From positions 918,175-982,174 of the forward strand of contig JAWQFM010000001.1 of the NCBI GenBank assembly GCA_033442325.1: a stretch of DNA of 64,000 nucleotides, read 5' to 3'. Each line of letters begins with the position of its first letter. Position 1 is the first letter of the stretch. The notes beneath the pieces were generated by a model. It made no database searches, was not told the origin of the DNA, and saw only the letters and a program-made list of their open reading frames with translations. Both the position numbers and the translations under genes were made by a program. Of this stretch, positions 1 to 15,091 are shown piece by piece. The stretch comes from Salpingoeca rosetta (lineage: Eukaryota > Protista > Choanoflagellata).

Positions 1-488
1 TTGCTGTTGCTGGTGTTGCTGCTGGTGCTTTTGTGGTTGCTGCTGCTGGTGCTTTTGTGGTTGCTCTTGCCGCCGCCGCCGCCGCCGCCGCTGCCGCCGC
101 TGCTGCTGTCACCATCAACGTCACCATCATCATCCTCCTCATCGCTGTCGATCGCGTGTCTCTTCGTGGTTGTTGTCGATTGGCCCTTGGGTCGTTGTTG
201 TGCGTTCTTGGCTGCTTTCCGTGTGGATTGCCCCGAGCCATTTGCCCGCCTCTTCTTGTTGCTGCCACTCTTGCTGTTGCTGGCAGTCTCTAATGTAGCA
301 CCGCTCGGATCTGATGCACTTTTGCTGGTTCCTTTCTTGTGGTGCTGCTGCGCCCCCTGTCGACTCTTCGCACCACCACCACTCGCAGCATCGTCAACAG
401 CACCGTCAACAGCAGCATCATCATCAGCAGCACCAGTGTCCACTGGCTTCCGCTGCTTCCTTCTCCTGCTGGTCCGCCGTGCTGTCAT
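1..488 (-). CDS. 5' part of a hypothetical protein (basic/acidic low-complexity N-terminus, probably nuclear), runs off the left edge
   Basis: ATG at 488 opens a stop-free minus-strand frame MTARRTSRRRKQRKPVDTGAADDD...HAIDSDEEDDDGDVDGDSSSGGSGGG to position 1. It is divergent from asd. The + strand 1..774 ORF is its antisense shadow. Confidence 0.65.
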   Translation of the reverse strand, partial: MTARRTSRRRKQRKPVDTGAADDDAAVDGAVDDAASGGGAKSRQGAQQHHKKGTSKSASDPSGATLETASNSKSGSNKKRRANGSGQSTRKAAKNAQQRPKGQSTTTTKRHAIDSDEEDDDGDVDGDSSSGGSGGGGGGGKSNHKSTSSSNHKSTSSNTSNS

Positions 489-799
489 CGTGTGTCGTCG
501 TGTCGTGCACTCTGCGGAAAATAGATGTAAATCACCCACTAAACTTCGAGACTGGCAGTCCTGCCTCGCTCGCTCGACATTTCCGTTGCACGAACCAGCC
601 TTCTTGTTGATGACAACCTGTGTGTGGTGGTGGTTGCTTGCCTGCTTGCCTCATCCTCTCAATCTCTCTCTCTCTCTCTCACCCTCACGCACACAGCACC
701 CTCACCGAACCAAGCCAACGAGCGAGCAAACAAGTCTGTCCTTCTTCATCCTCACACGCTCACTTCCTCACTAAAGTCGACGGAGTCAACCGCAGGAAC

Positions 800-1781
800 A
801 TGTCGCTGCAGGCGATTGCACCACGGCTGCTGGGGCGTGCGATGCGCGATGGCTTGCGTGGAGCCAGCGTTGCCTTTGCTCAGCAGCAACGCCACATCGG
901 AACGACGCGCGTTGCCTTGGCCGGCGCGAAGAACGGGCTGGAGAGGCCCAACGTGGCCATCGCAGGCGTCACGGGCGCCGTGGGCGTTGAGCTGCTCAAC
1001 TGCTTGGACAAGCGCAACTTTCCCTTCAACAACTTGAAGCTGCTGGCAAGCGCCCGCTCTGCGGGCAAGGAGATGGTGTTTCAGGGGAAGAAGTACGTTG
1101 TGGAGGAGCTGACCGACGACTCGTTTGAGGACGTGGACATTGCGCTGTTCAGCGCCGGCGGATCGCAGTCGAAGCGCTTTGCCCCCTCAGCCGTGGACGC
1201 CGGGTGCGTGGTGATTGACAACTCGTCCGCCTTCCGCATGGACCCGCACACGCCGCTCGTGGTGCCCGAGGTGAATCCGGAGGCCGCCGCGCACCACAAC
1301 GGCATCATCGCCAACCCAAACTGCTCCACCATCATCATGAACGTGGCGGTGTGGCCGCTGTACAAGCTCTCGCGCATCCGGCGCATTGTTGCTGCCACAT
1401 ACCAGGCGGCGAGCGGCGCCGGCGCGGCTGCCATGCGGGAGCTGGAGCAGCAGGCCGTGGACTGGAGTGCAGGCAAGGAGCTCAAGACAGACATCTTCGG
1501 GCGGCAGTATCTGTGGAACCTCTTCTCGCACAACTCGGCAATCGATCCCACCAACGGCTATAACGAGGAGGAAGTGAAGATGATCCGTGAGACGAAGAAG
1601 ATCTTCACAGACGACAACCTCCACGTCACAGCCACATGCATTCGCGTCCCCGTCCTTCGTGCTCACTGCGAAGCCATCAACCTCACCTTCTCGTACGTTG
1701 TGTGTATTGATTGGGTGGGTGAGGGGTGCGAGGGGAAGGGTTCCTGCATGTGTCTGCATGTGGCTGCATGTGCATGCTTGT

Positions 1782-1846
<65 letters not shown>

Positions 1847-2590
1847 ATGCATGCATGCATGCATGCAAGGGCTTGTAAGATGAATGCGTTTGACTGCGCC
1901 TCTAACTGCTGCTGATGCTGCTGATGCTGCTGATGCTACCACTGCTACTGCTGCAACTGTGTTCCAATTGATAGATCTCCCGTGTCTGAGGAGGAGGTGC
2001 GCGCTGCATTGGCCGCTGCGCCCGGTGTGCTCATCCTCGATGACCGCCAACACAACCAGTTCCCAGAGCCTTTGTTGGCCTCAGGTGTGTGCATGTGGGT
2101 TCGTGTGTGTTTGTGTGTGCATATGTGGGTTTGTATGTGTTTGTGTGTGCATGTCTGTGTGTGTGTGTGTCTGTACTTGCCGTGTGCCGTTTCATCGGCT
2201 CATGGACCTTGTCTCACCCACTTGTGACCTGTGATGTTATGTTTGTGGATGCAGGCGAAGACGACGTGCTTGTCGGCCGCATTCGTCCCGACCTCAGCCA
2301 GCCACACGGCATGGGCTACGAGGTACATACGCACATCTGCAATGTGCCTGATGCGTGTTTCTGCCTGTATTCCTTCGCACACACACACACACATACACTC
2401 ACTCACTCACTCACTCACTCACTCACTCACTCACACTCTCCCCGTCTCCCTCACTTCACGCTTACACTTGCAACTTCCCTCCACCTTTGCGACTCCACAG
2501 CTGTTTATTGCAGGGGACCAGCTGCTGAAGGGCGCTGCCCTCAACGCTGTCCAGATTGCCGAGCTGCTCCTCCACCCGCACGACCAATGA
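800..2590 (+). CDS. asd: Aspartate-semialdehyde dehydrogenase, bacterial/plant type, with an N-terminal extension resembling a mitochondrial presequence; 4 exons (800-1692, 1975-2084, 2255-2322, 2501-2590)
   Basis: GVTGAVG Rossmann motif, VIDNSSAFRM, catalytic ANPNCST, TYQAASGAG, RVPVLRAH and C-terminal DQLLKGAALNAVQIAE. GT-AG introns keep the frame. Confidence 0.96.
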
Positions 2591-3092
2591 AGCCGCCACA
2601 CACACGCACACACATACGCGCGCGTTGTTGCTGTTGTTGTTGGTGCTGTCGACCGCGACATGACGGCGCGTCACATGTGACATGCTTGTTGTCTTGTTGT
2701 GCGCTGTGCTGTCGACCCCTTGTGCTGTTGGTGTGGTTGATTCGGTCACTTGCCTCTTCTTGCAACCTCGCTTCTTTGCGTTGCGTGTTCTGACTTCCTC
2801 CTTTCTCCGCTCCTGTCTCCGTGGTTACAACGTGTGCCCAGGGCGCGCATGCGTGCATACACGCCACTCCTTTTGTTGTCATGTTACTCCCGCGCTCTCG
2901 GCTTCCCATATGTCTGTCGAGAGATGTAAAGAGACGCCACATTCGTGTCACCGCAAGCAAAAGATCAGCAGAGAGCGAGAATGGTGAGTGGAGGGAGGGA
3001 GTGTCAGGTCAATCTCACACACGCCATCATGTCATCCATTCACAATCAATCACATCAACACACATCCAGCAACGACAAACAAAGCCGCAAAC

Positions 3093-3784
3093 ATGGACGA
3101 TGACGATGATGATGTGCTTCGGGTGGAGGAGCTTGTGGTGGATCGAATGGACAGTGCGGTGCTGTCGTCGTCAGACTCCGAGACTATGGCGGACGCGGAC
3201 GATGAGTACGAGGCAGAGGGGGAGGAAGAGGATGACGACACGACCGTTTACGGAAGCAGCGATGCAGAGACGATTGCAGGGAGCAGTGACGACGAAGCGT
3301 TGAGGGCAGAAGCGCGGGCGACGTTGGGGAACGAGAGCGATGCATCCACGGGGCCTGCTTGCCCACTGGAGCCCGTCATGCCCATGGACGACGAGTTTAG
3401 CAAGTGGCTCGAGGTGCGCGCGTGTGATGTGTGTGTATGTGAATGTGTATGTGTATGTGAGATCGTGTGCGTGTATGTATGCGTGTATGTATGCGTGTGT
3501 GTATGCGTGTACGTGTGTGTGTATGTGAGAGCGTATATGTATGTGTCTGTCTGTGTGTGTTGGTCTGTGTGTCTGTGTTTCTGCTTTTGCGGTACTCTGA
3601 CGTCCCCTCATTCAACTGTTGTGCCATCCACACGCAGGCAACCATTCGATGCTGTGCGCAGTACAGAAGCAAGGGGCTGCGCGCTTACGTCCGAGCGCTC
3701 GATGAACTGGTGAGCAAGCCATGCCTTTCACCCCTAGTTTGCAGTCACACAGACACACAGACACACACACACACACACACACAG

Positions 3785-3816
<32 letters not shown>

Positions 3817-4039
3817 ACACACACAGATCTTATGTGTGCTTGGGTGACTGCTTTACAGCCTTTGGACAAACAATGGAGCCTGAGTAAGGATGCCATCGTG
3901 GACCATGTGCTTCCAGTTGTCGAGTACAGATTCAGAGTGGCGGGCACGCGGCAAAGCCTGCACGCGGACATTGCAGGCAGCTTCAAGCGGGCCATCCCAC
4001 TCATCCCATGTGCGTGAGTGTGAGCGTCTGTGTGTCTGT

Positions 4040-4121
<82 letters not shown>

Positions 4122-4549
4122 CTGTCCGAGATGACAGCGACATTGCATCACGGAACGGGTGCTCGCACCTGTTGCTGTGCTTGCCTGCGTTTCCCATTGT
4201 CACCCTGAACTCATTCCTCTTTCCATCCCATCGTCCTCACATGCACACAACTGCGTACATGCACACGACTGCAGCGTTTGCGCACGGGCCCCCAAGGCTG
4301 AAGATGATGCTGGATGAGGCACGCGCCGTGTGCACGCTGTACTCCACCACAACCACGGCATACATCCACATCTTGTCTGGTCAGGTTGACTTTGACAGCA
4401 ACGTGGACCGCCTTCGTGCCACGCGTATCCGCATCACACAGGCGAGGCGCAAGCTGCACAAGCTGTCGTCAGCGCCACCGCCGGCACCCGCAAACTCCAC
4501 CAGCAGCAGCTTCGAAACCACGTCCATGCGCCCGCTCGTGTAAGGCAGG

Positions 4550-4603
<54 letters not shown>

Positions 4604-5978
4604 CTGTGTGTGTGTGTGTGTGTGTGTGTGAGTGTGTGTGTGTGTGTGTGAGGCAGAGGGAGACAGAGGGAGACAGAGAGAGAGTGTGTGTGTGTTGTGC
4701 GTGTGTGTGTGTGTGTGTGGGAGAGAGAGAGAGAGAGAAGCGTGTGTTCATGAGTGCACGCGATCATCTGCCATGTCACTCATGCCATCCTGTCCTCGCA
4801 ACACGTGTGCACTTCCAATTCACCACCACCACCACCACCACCACCACCACCACCACTGCCACCAGGGATGCTGCGACGTGGGAGGCGATGACGCTCGAAG
4901 CGCTTCTCAATTGCCAGCGCGCTCTTCTCACCCTCCAGTACAAGGTCGTGTCCCACCTGCACATGTGCACACATGCACACTCACCACGCACACCATCATG
5001 CACATCTTTTACGCGAGGATTGCCTGCTTTTGAAAGCCCCCGCCTTGCACTGCGGTGTTCATGTACTGATATGGAACATCCATCCCCACCTCCCTTCATA
5101 CCGGTAACAGGATGCTCTTCTCTCCATGCACGAGTGCAAAGCGTCGCTGTTGCAACTCACGTCAAACTTCCGCAAGGTGCTGCACGCAATTGCGCGTGTC
5201 GTTAGCTCCTGTTGCTTGGATCATGAGCACAGGACCAAAGGCGGAGGGAGGGGCAGGTGGATGTCCTGCGAAGTGACCCGCGGTCAGCACAGAGTCAGTG
5301 TCACTGCTCCCTCACACATACACACACATACGAACACACACATACACACACACAAACACACATACACATACATACACACGAACACACATACACGCATGCA
5401 CACACGTACACACAGCGGCCGCCGCTTGCCCGGCGATTGGAGCGGATTGTCTGCCACATCATCGCGCGCTGCCACTTTATCTTCTTTGAAAACTTTGCAC
5501 GGCCCCTTCCACAACCCACATACCAGGTGTGTGTGTGTGCGTGTGCGTGTGTGTGCGTGTGTGTGTGTGTGTGTTTGGCTGGTTGGTTGGTTGTTTGTTT
5601 GTTTGGTTGGTTGGTTGGTTGGTTGGTTGTTTGTTTGTTCTTTTGTGTGTGTGTGTGTGTGTTTGCTTGTTTGTTTGCTTTGTTTGTTTGTTTGTGCGTT
5701 TGTTTGTTTGTTACTTCTTGCTGTTGTGTCATTTCTTCTCCTTAACCCACTCAATCAATCACCGGCGCGAATGGGCAGGTCACGTATGCGGGCAAGCACT
5801 GCTATGTTCGCACCATGATGCACATTGTGCGCAAGCATCGCCTTGCATTTGCCGCCGCGTTTGGTGTTGCGTCATGGGTGCGGCCTGGAACAACGTTCCA
5901 CCTCAACTACACCCTACCGGCCAATGGCCTTCCTGAGGAACACGTCGGCACCATGCAACGAAGGTGTGTGTGCGCATG

Positions 5979-6017
<39 letters not shown>

Positions 6018-6209
6018 GGTCTAGTTGTCCTGCCCATTGCGCATGCGTGCGCACGCATCTGTGCACCCTCTCACCTTATCTGCTCAATCTTTGTGCCTGC
6101 TGCAGGATGCCCATGCTGTTTAGCTTCCCGTTCCCGCTTGCCGCCGGCTTCTACGTGCCGCTCTTCCCAGTCATATCCACCATCGACCCCATGCCGTACG
6201 TATGTGCGT

Positions 6210-6279
<70 letters not shown>

Positions 6280-6431
6280 GCGTGCGTATTATGTGTATGT
6301 GTCTGTGCTGTCGGTTGTGCATGCTGAGGTTGCGCTCAGCTTCCCTTGCATGTTCACACTGGTTGGCTGTATCGTCGATAGGAGGGATACGCCGATGCCT
6401 CACGGTGACTTTGAAGTCCGCCCGCCCAAGA

Positions 6432-6485
<54 letters not shown>

Positions 6486-6900
6486 TACAACACTTTCCCA
6501 CGTGTATGACGTGTGTGCGCGCACATGCACTTTCCAGTCTTCTCTTTCTCAATACTGTTCACGTTCATCTTGTTCCACCAACATTTTGTCACATCGCCAC
6601 AAACCACACACAACCCACATACACACACACATGCACGCATTTGCTTAGTCGCGTTCGGGGTCGAGTGGGAACGAGGATAAGACGTCGCACGTTGCATATT
6701 TGATTGCGCGCGCGGATGAGTGCATTGCCGTTGTTTTTGGCGTGGACATGCGGTATCGGCGAGACGCCAAGCCACCAAACGTGCCTGAGCTGACGACGGT
6801 GCTCGTTGACTTTTGCACCCACCTGACGCGCGCCTTCACGGGCCAGCTTCCAGACAAGCCAGACCCAAGCAAAGCACAAACACAAACCCCCACCGCATGA
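3093..6900 (+). CDS. KICS2: KICSTOR subunit 2 (C12orf66/DUF2003)-like protein, about 11 exons, acidic N-terminal extension
   Basis: Spliced product contains RPLVDAATWEAMTLEALLNCQRALLTLQYKDALLSMHECKASL, RPPLARRLERIVCHIIARCHFIFFENFAR, MPMLFSFP and AYLIARADECIAVVF. These match the order and pattern of conserved C12orf66 blocks as I recall them. Splice phases are consistent. Confidence 0.65.
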
Positions 6901-7011
6901 CCGCGCACACATGCTTGTGTACGTATGCTTGTGAATGCTTGCTTGTGTGAATGCGTGAATGCTTGTTTGTGTGTGCACTGTTCACGCTCTCGCACACACA
7001 CACACACACAC

Positions 7012-7111
7012 NNNNNNNNNNNNNNNNNNNNNNNNNNNNNNNNNNNNNNNNNNNNNNNNNNNNNNNNNNNNNNNNNNNNNNNNNNNNNNNNNNNNNNNNN
7101 NNNNNNNNNNN
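7012..7111. other. Assembly gap (100 N placeholder)
   Basis: Run of exactly 100 n following a (CA)n tract. Confidence 0.99.
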
Positions 7112-7304
7112 GCGTTTTAACTGGAGGCTGGTCCGGCGTTTGGCGTAGAATCCCCAAAAGATGCGCTTTGTGGCGGACAAGAAGGGGGAGCACACACATA
7201 AACTGCAAGTAGTAAGCGCCCACACAAAGAATTAGACGGAGATGAATGAAGCGTGTCGAAGGCTGGTGTAGGGGGTTCGATGGGGGGGGTCGCGCTCTCA
7301 CACA

Positions 7305-7412
<108 letters not shown>

Positions 7413-7953
7413 ACACAACACACCGACCAAAACCAGGCCACCACAGCATAATTTGATTGTTATCGTAACCGATGATTTGTATATATCTTTAAATAATAAT
7501 CAGCATTGTATTTTTGGGGGCGTTTGCTGCTGCGCACCAAAAACGATTTTTCCACAAGCAAGCAAGCAAGCAAACCAGCCAACGCGACACATCCCACACA
7601 CAGACACACCACCCATCCTCAATCGTGTCAAACACCACCAGCCCGACACCTGTCCTCCTTCTTCTTGATCGGCCAGCGAACCAACGAGTCAGCCATCGAA
7701 ATAGCCCTCTCGCCTCCCTTTCTGTTGTGCCGGGGTATTTTCTGTGTGAACAGCACCTCCACCAGCTTCCATCTTCGATAGGACTCAACACACACACACC
7801 AGGTGAGCAAGCTGGCGCTTGTGCTGCTTGGGCTTGTCTGGAGGACAGGGCACAATGTGTGTCATGTTGCGAGACCACAGAGCAGGGCGGTTGCGAGACA
7901 AGTGTGGGCAAACGCAAAGACCTCAATGCCACCGCTTCCGATTGCAACTCGGA

Positions 7954-8039
<86 letters not shown>

Positions 8040-8106
8040 CGTGCACGTATTATTGTGCATTCCATCTCTCACGCAGGCCATGATTGTTTTGTGTGTCATC
8101 TCAGCC

Positions 8107-9523
<1,417 letters not shown>

Positions 9524-10168
9524 CCACCGCTGCCCTTCTTCACTCACCTCGCGAGCACATACATCCACACCCACACACACACCACTTGTCCCTTCTTTTT
9601 TTCATCACATCTGTTTGGAATCGAGACATCTCTGCATGCGCCCGTGTGGGTGTTCTACACAGACTTATCGTGTGCCAACTGTCGTTGTTCGCATGTGTGT
9701 ATGTGTGTTTGTTGCTGCTGTTGGTGTCGGTTGATCAGAGAACTTCTCCATCTGCGTGTTGTGGTGCTCGCTCATTCGTTGTTTGGTTGGCTTGGATGCA
9801 TGTGCGTGTGCGTGAGTGTGGTCATCACAACCCCACAACCCCCGTTTTGTATTCCCCTTCTTGTGTCCGTGTTGCTTTGAGTGCTCAGTTGTAACTTCAC
9901 CCTCCGCTTCTCATTGGTTCTACTTGCTTCCTGGAAATGGCAATTGCTTTGTTCCCCACTGTTAGCGTGGTGTGGACGCATGCATGCGCATGCACACTTG
10001 ACTGACCCACCAAACAAAACCACCCGTTTTGAAGCATTACAGAACCCTCCTCCCCACATCAATCATCCATCACAATCAGTCAACATGACATGCACAATGC
10101 TTGCTGTGCACACGCGCCCGCGCCTGTATTGACACAACATCAACTCAATGGTGGCGGTGGGCACGCCG

Positions 10169-10370
10169 TCACGATGTGAAGATGCACATGGTTGCGTCTT
10201 CCCCCGTCGTTGCAAGAGCTCCGCCAGCCTGAAGCATTCAAGATGACGAGGAAGGGGGGTGTGAGCATGTGCTGGCCGGGTTGACGCCTGCAAGAGCAGC
10301 GCACCGCTACAGGGCCACAGCGCAGCAGCAATACACGCGAGCCTAGAACAATCACGCACACACAAGCACG

Positions 10371-10435
<65 letters not shown>

Positions 10436-11752
10436 CGGGCATCCACTTGAAGCTCCGTACGCGGTCCTTGTGGACGTGAGGCAGCGCACAAAGCGGCACC
10501 AGTTGACCCTGAGACCACCCGCCCCATGCGCCAGACCAGCACAACACGTTCAGTTGATCATGGTGCGAACTACCAGCATCACAGACGTGCATGTATCACG
10601 CACACACACACACACACAACGCACACACCATCACATACACACACGCACACACACACACACACAACGCACACCATCTTATACACACACGCAAGCACACACA
10701 CACACACACACAAGCACACACTACTGCGCATGTACCTGTCCAATGTGCGAGATGTGGACGTGGCCGTCGTCGCTGCCGGAAGCAAGAAACAAGCGCCCAG
10801 ATGCAGCATCGTAGAAGCAGTCAATCAGATAATCGGTGGGTAGCCCCGCAGCCACAAGGATGGCACGCGGCTCATCAAGCTGGAAGACAAGGTCGTTGTC
10901 GTCATCGTCGTCGCTGTTGTTCTCGTCTTGGTCATCAATGTCCATGTCGCTCGCCTTGCGGTCTGGGACGCGCCAGAACGACAGCGTCTCGTCGTGTGTA
11001 ATGCAGTACACGTACTCCTGCGCCGGCCCGAAGAACCCGGTTCGCTTCACAGAGTGGTCTGCATTGATGGTGACAACAATGACACTGGCATCATCAAAGT
11101 CCCCGTCTGCCTGGTCCTGCTCACCCTTCTCCAGTGCGCCTCCTTGTACGCCATCGCCGCGGCGCTGTGCGTACTCAAGGCACGCGTCTGCATCAATGAC
11201 GTTGCACAGGCCATCCGTGGATGCTGTGGCGAAGCGGTGCAGCGCCTCCCCACTGCCACTCTGCGCTGTGGCATCTGAGGCCGCAATGTAGACAACGTCG
11301 TCGCTGTGGCAGTTCTTGAGAGACACGAGCGGGCTGTCGGGCCCCTGGAGGCCTCCGGCAAAGATGTACACGGGCGCGTCCCGCATGTGGTTCAACTCGC
11401 AGCCGACGGCGAAGCACGCTCCATCCGAGCTCAGCGCAAAGCTTGACGGGGTGCTGTCATCCGGAACGGTCACGGTGCGCACGCATGTCTTCTCTGCAAT
11501 GTCCCAGCACTTGACGGTTCCGTCGCGGCTGGCAGACCACAGGTGTGCTGGTGACGCTGGGTCGAAGCTCAGCCCCACCACGTCGGCCTCATGGCCTTTC
11601 AGCACCAGGCGCTGCTGCGTTTCCACGTTGTGCACGGCAATGTTGGGAGACGTCCCTGCTACTGCAATGTGCGGTCCCGAGCACGCCGCGTGCAGCAGGT
11701 ACCCTTTCTTCCCGAGCGGTTTGTCCTCCAGCGAACACACAAACGTCGCCAT
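10169..11752 (-). CDS. WDR89: WD40-repeat protein WDR89-like, 3 exons
   Basis: LKGHEADVVG...WSASRDGTVKCWD, HSDDV...ATASTDGLCNVID, GFFG...YCITHDETLSFW, DYLIDC, HKDRVRS and ATTGEDATMCIF*. Confidence 0.8.
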
Positions 11753-11917
11753 CTTGGCTAATACTGATGTGTGTGTGCGTGTGTGTGTGTTGCGGGCTAG
11801 TGGTCGTGAAGTATCAGGGGGCAATGAACGGGCGGTGGTGGTGGTGGTGATTGATGGTGATGGATGGTGATGAGGACACGTGGGTTGTTGTGTGCGAACG
11901 AGCAGGTGGCGAAGAAT

Positions 11918-12388
11918 ATGGCGTTCCGACAGCATAATTTGCAACCGTTACCAAGGCCGATGATGATGCAGCGGTGGGGTGGTCGCGGGAAGGACGCGAC
12001 GAGGCAAAGAGGAGGAGGAGGAGGAGGAGGAGGAGGAGGAGGAGGGGTGAGGAGAAGGCGGAAGGTGGTGGTGGAGGATGATGACGATGAGGAGGACGAT
12101 GCCGTGAGCACAGTGCTTGGCGATGACGAGAAGGAGGATTTGCAAGGCGGCGTCATGGGCATGACTTCCAGCGACGCTGCTTGTGAGTTTGTGCTGCATG
12201 CGTGGCTGTGGGCAGATTATGTCCTTGCTGCCTGCTGACAGTGTGCCCTTGAACGCCTACTCACACACACACACACACACACACATAAATGACACACATG
12301 CACATACATGTACATACATGTACATACACATTTACCAATGCACGCATCCGCAAAACCTCTCATTCGTGCATCCCCATCCCCACCCCAC

Positions 12389-12425
<37 letters not shown>

Positions 12426-13551
12426 ATGTGATAGACGCTGCGCTGAGACAGGACGCATTGGAGCAGCTGGGGCGCAGTCATGTGGTGGGCGCAGGAGACT
12501 GCGGCAGCGGCAGCGATGCAGACTCGGCAAACGAGGAAGGCATGCGTGTTCCCGTTGGCATCACAAATGCCGGAGACGGGCGACTGGTGGACATGAGGCC
12601 ACCCCACGTGCAGCTGGTCGCCTGCGAGCAGGCGTATGCGGAGCTGGTCGCAAGCAGGAACTTTCGGCACGCTGTGCACACGCTGATCACGCGCTTGTCG
12701 CTGACAAAGCTCGTGTATGGGCGAGAACACATCGCCGTGGCCCAGGGTCACATCACCTTGGGGCGCGCGTACTTTGAGCTCCTCAACTACCCCAAGCAGG
12801 CGCTGGACCATGGACAGCGGGCAAAGGCAATGCACGCCCACCTCAAGCAACACAGAGCAGAGCACCACCTCCACCGCCACCAGCTGGCAGCGCTGGCGGC
12901 ATCCGCCCTCTGCCTGATGGGCCAGGCGCTCGTGGAGCTCAACAGGGCTGAAGAAGCCGTCAAGGCGCTGCGTCGAAGCCTTCATCTTACCCAGGCCGTC
13001 TCCAAGCATCGCCTGGAGAAGGACGCAACGGCCAGACCTTCTGCGAGCAAGAAGGGCAAGGCAGCACGACGCGCTAAATCACCAACTGCAGCCGGGCGTA
13101 CCAAGTCCACCGCCTCTGCGTCAGCCTCGTCGCTATCCTCGTCATCGCGAGCCGCATCGGCAAAGGCGCCCGCCAAAACAGCTGACGTGGATAATCAGGG
13201 AACGGCAGCACTGGACCGCGAGGAAGTGCGAGCACGGGTGTATCTCTGCCGTGCACTGATGCAGCAGGACAAGACAGCGGACGCAGAAACGGAAGCGTCT
13301 GAACTGCAGCACATCTTGGACACCCGCGCTGTCGCTTCCTCTGATCCCCCGCTCGCCATCCTCGCTTACACCGCCCTAGGTGCGTGTGTGTGTGTGTGTG
13401 CGTGTGTGTGTGTGTGTGTGTACGTGTGTGTGTACGTGTGTGTGCGTGACGTGTGTGTGTGTGTGTACGTGTGTGTGTACGTGTGTGTGCGTGACGTGTG
13501 TGTGTACGTGTGTGTGCGTGACGTGTGTGTGTGTGCATATGCATTCTTTGG

Positions 13552-13589
<38 letters not shown>

Positions 13590-14660
13590 TGAACACTTTT
13601 CTCATGGTTCTGTTCTCGCTGACACGCATACACAACGTATGGTTGCCACGATATAGCTGAGAACACTGCCGCAGCATCGAAGCAAGTCGCCTTCCTTCAG
13701 CACGCCTGCGACATCGCCGAGGAGGTGAGCATTGCAGACTTATGCATGTGTGTGCGTGTGTGTGTGTGTGTGTTCCTGGAAACACACATTGCTTTGCACG
13801 CCCTGTGATCTGCGCTCGAGCCCATGGAGAGAAAACGGATGTGTACAACCACGTATTCGCGCAGGCGCTCACACACGCACTCACACTCTCCCACATGCTC
13901 ATACATTTCCGTGCATCTGTCTCCCTTCTGCCAGAGCAAGCAGCCGGTTGACGCGAAGGTGCAGTGCTGGATTCGATTGGCTGAGGCGCACGCTGCGCAG
14001 GACAACCTTGCTGAGGCCGAAACGCTCTTTGCAAAGGCATTGGACGTAAGGCACCGACGGCTGCTGCCTTACTTGGTGGTGGTGGTTATTGTCGAATGGC
14101 ATTGCATGTGCTGAATGGTCCCATACAGCATTGCACTCATCTTCACTCACAGCGTTGCACATCCTCACGTACCCTCATATTTGTCATTTTGTTTCGCGTC
14201 TCTTCTTTATTTCACATGTGTGCATTGGCTGCTTGTTGCAGGTGCTTGCACATGACTTTGATGCACACACAAACACAATTCTGTCCATCCAGGTTCGTTC
14301 AACTGCTCCTGTGCGTGTGTCTGTGTCTGTGTACACATGTGTGGTTGTCGCAACACCGCCACTCCTTGTCTCTTGTGCGTGCGTGCCTACTTTGCACTCT
14401 TCCCCGTTCGAAACCACGAACCAACACCCCCACCCCTCCCAAACCCACACATGCCCACTTTCCCCAACAGGAAAGTCGTGCGCGTGTGCTGGTGCGGCAG
14501 AATCGGCGACAAGAGGCCATTGATTTGCTCTCGGACGTGAAGGAGCGTGTGATGGCCAAGTTTGGACAGTTCTCACTGCGCACCGCAAACGTCTGCCACT
14601 TTCTCGGCAGTCTCTACCTCGCCGTGGTGTGTGCTGCAGGACAATGGCTGGACAGCTGTG

Positions 14661-14713
<53 letters not shown>

Positions 14714-15091
14714 CTTCTCTCCGTCAATACGGTCTAACGTGTGCGGCATGTTCCTGCTATTCAGGGTGACAACGACAGCGCCCTCGCCTGCTTCCAAGAA
14801 CGACATGAGGCGCTCCGCCACGCAAAAGGTCCAGCAGGGGGATTGGAGACATGTGTGTGTGTGTGTGTGCATGTGCGTCTGTGTGCCTGTGCCTGTGCCT
14901 GTACCTTATTTGCCCACTTGCTGTCGCACACATACTCACTCTCACACGTACATGCACACGCACCACACACACACACACACGCACGCACCACACACAACGT
15001 GGCAGGCGCCAACCACGCTCTGACGCAAGAAACGAAGCAGTTGGTCGAGTCCCTCAGTCACGAAGAAAAACCACCACCAATACGGCCATAG
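11918..15091 (+). CDS. TTC23: Tetratricopeptide-repeat protein TTC23/TTC23L-like, about 8 exons
   Basis: LSLTKLVYGREHIAVAQGHITLGRAYFELLNYPKQALDHGQRA resembles the TTC23 N-terminal TPR. Later TPRs include FGQFSLRTANVCHFLGSLYLA and GANHALTQETKQLV. Start codon is uncertain. Confidence 0.7.

Noticed and set aside
1-774. 257-aa Leu/Pro-rich + strand ORF that looks like a membrane protein
   Set aside because: It has no ATG start and is the antisense shadow of the minus-strand gene starting at 488.
7245-7300. GGTTCGA T-loop-like motif suggesting a tRNA
   Set aside because: No acceptor, D or anticodon stems can be formed around it.
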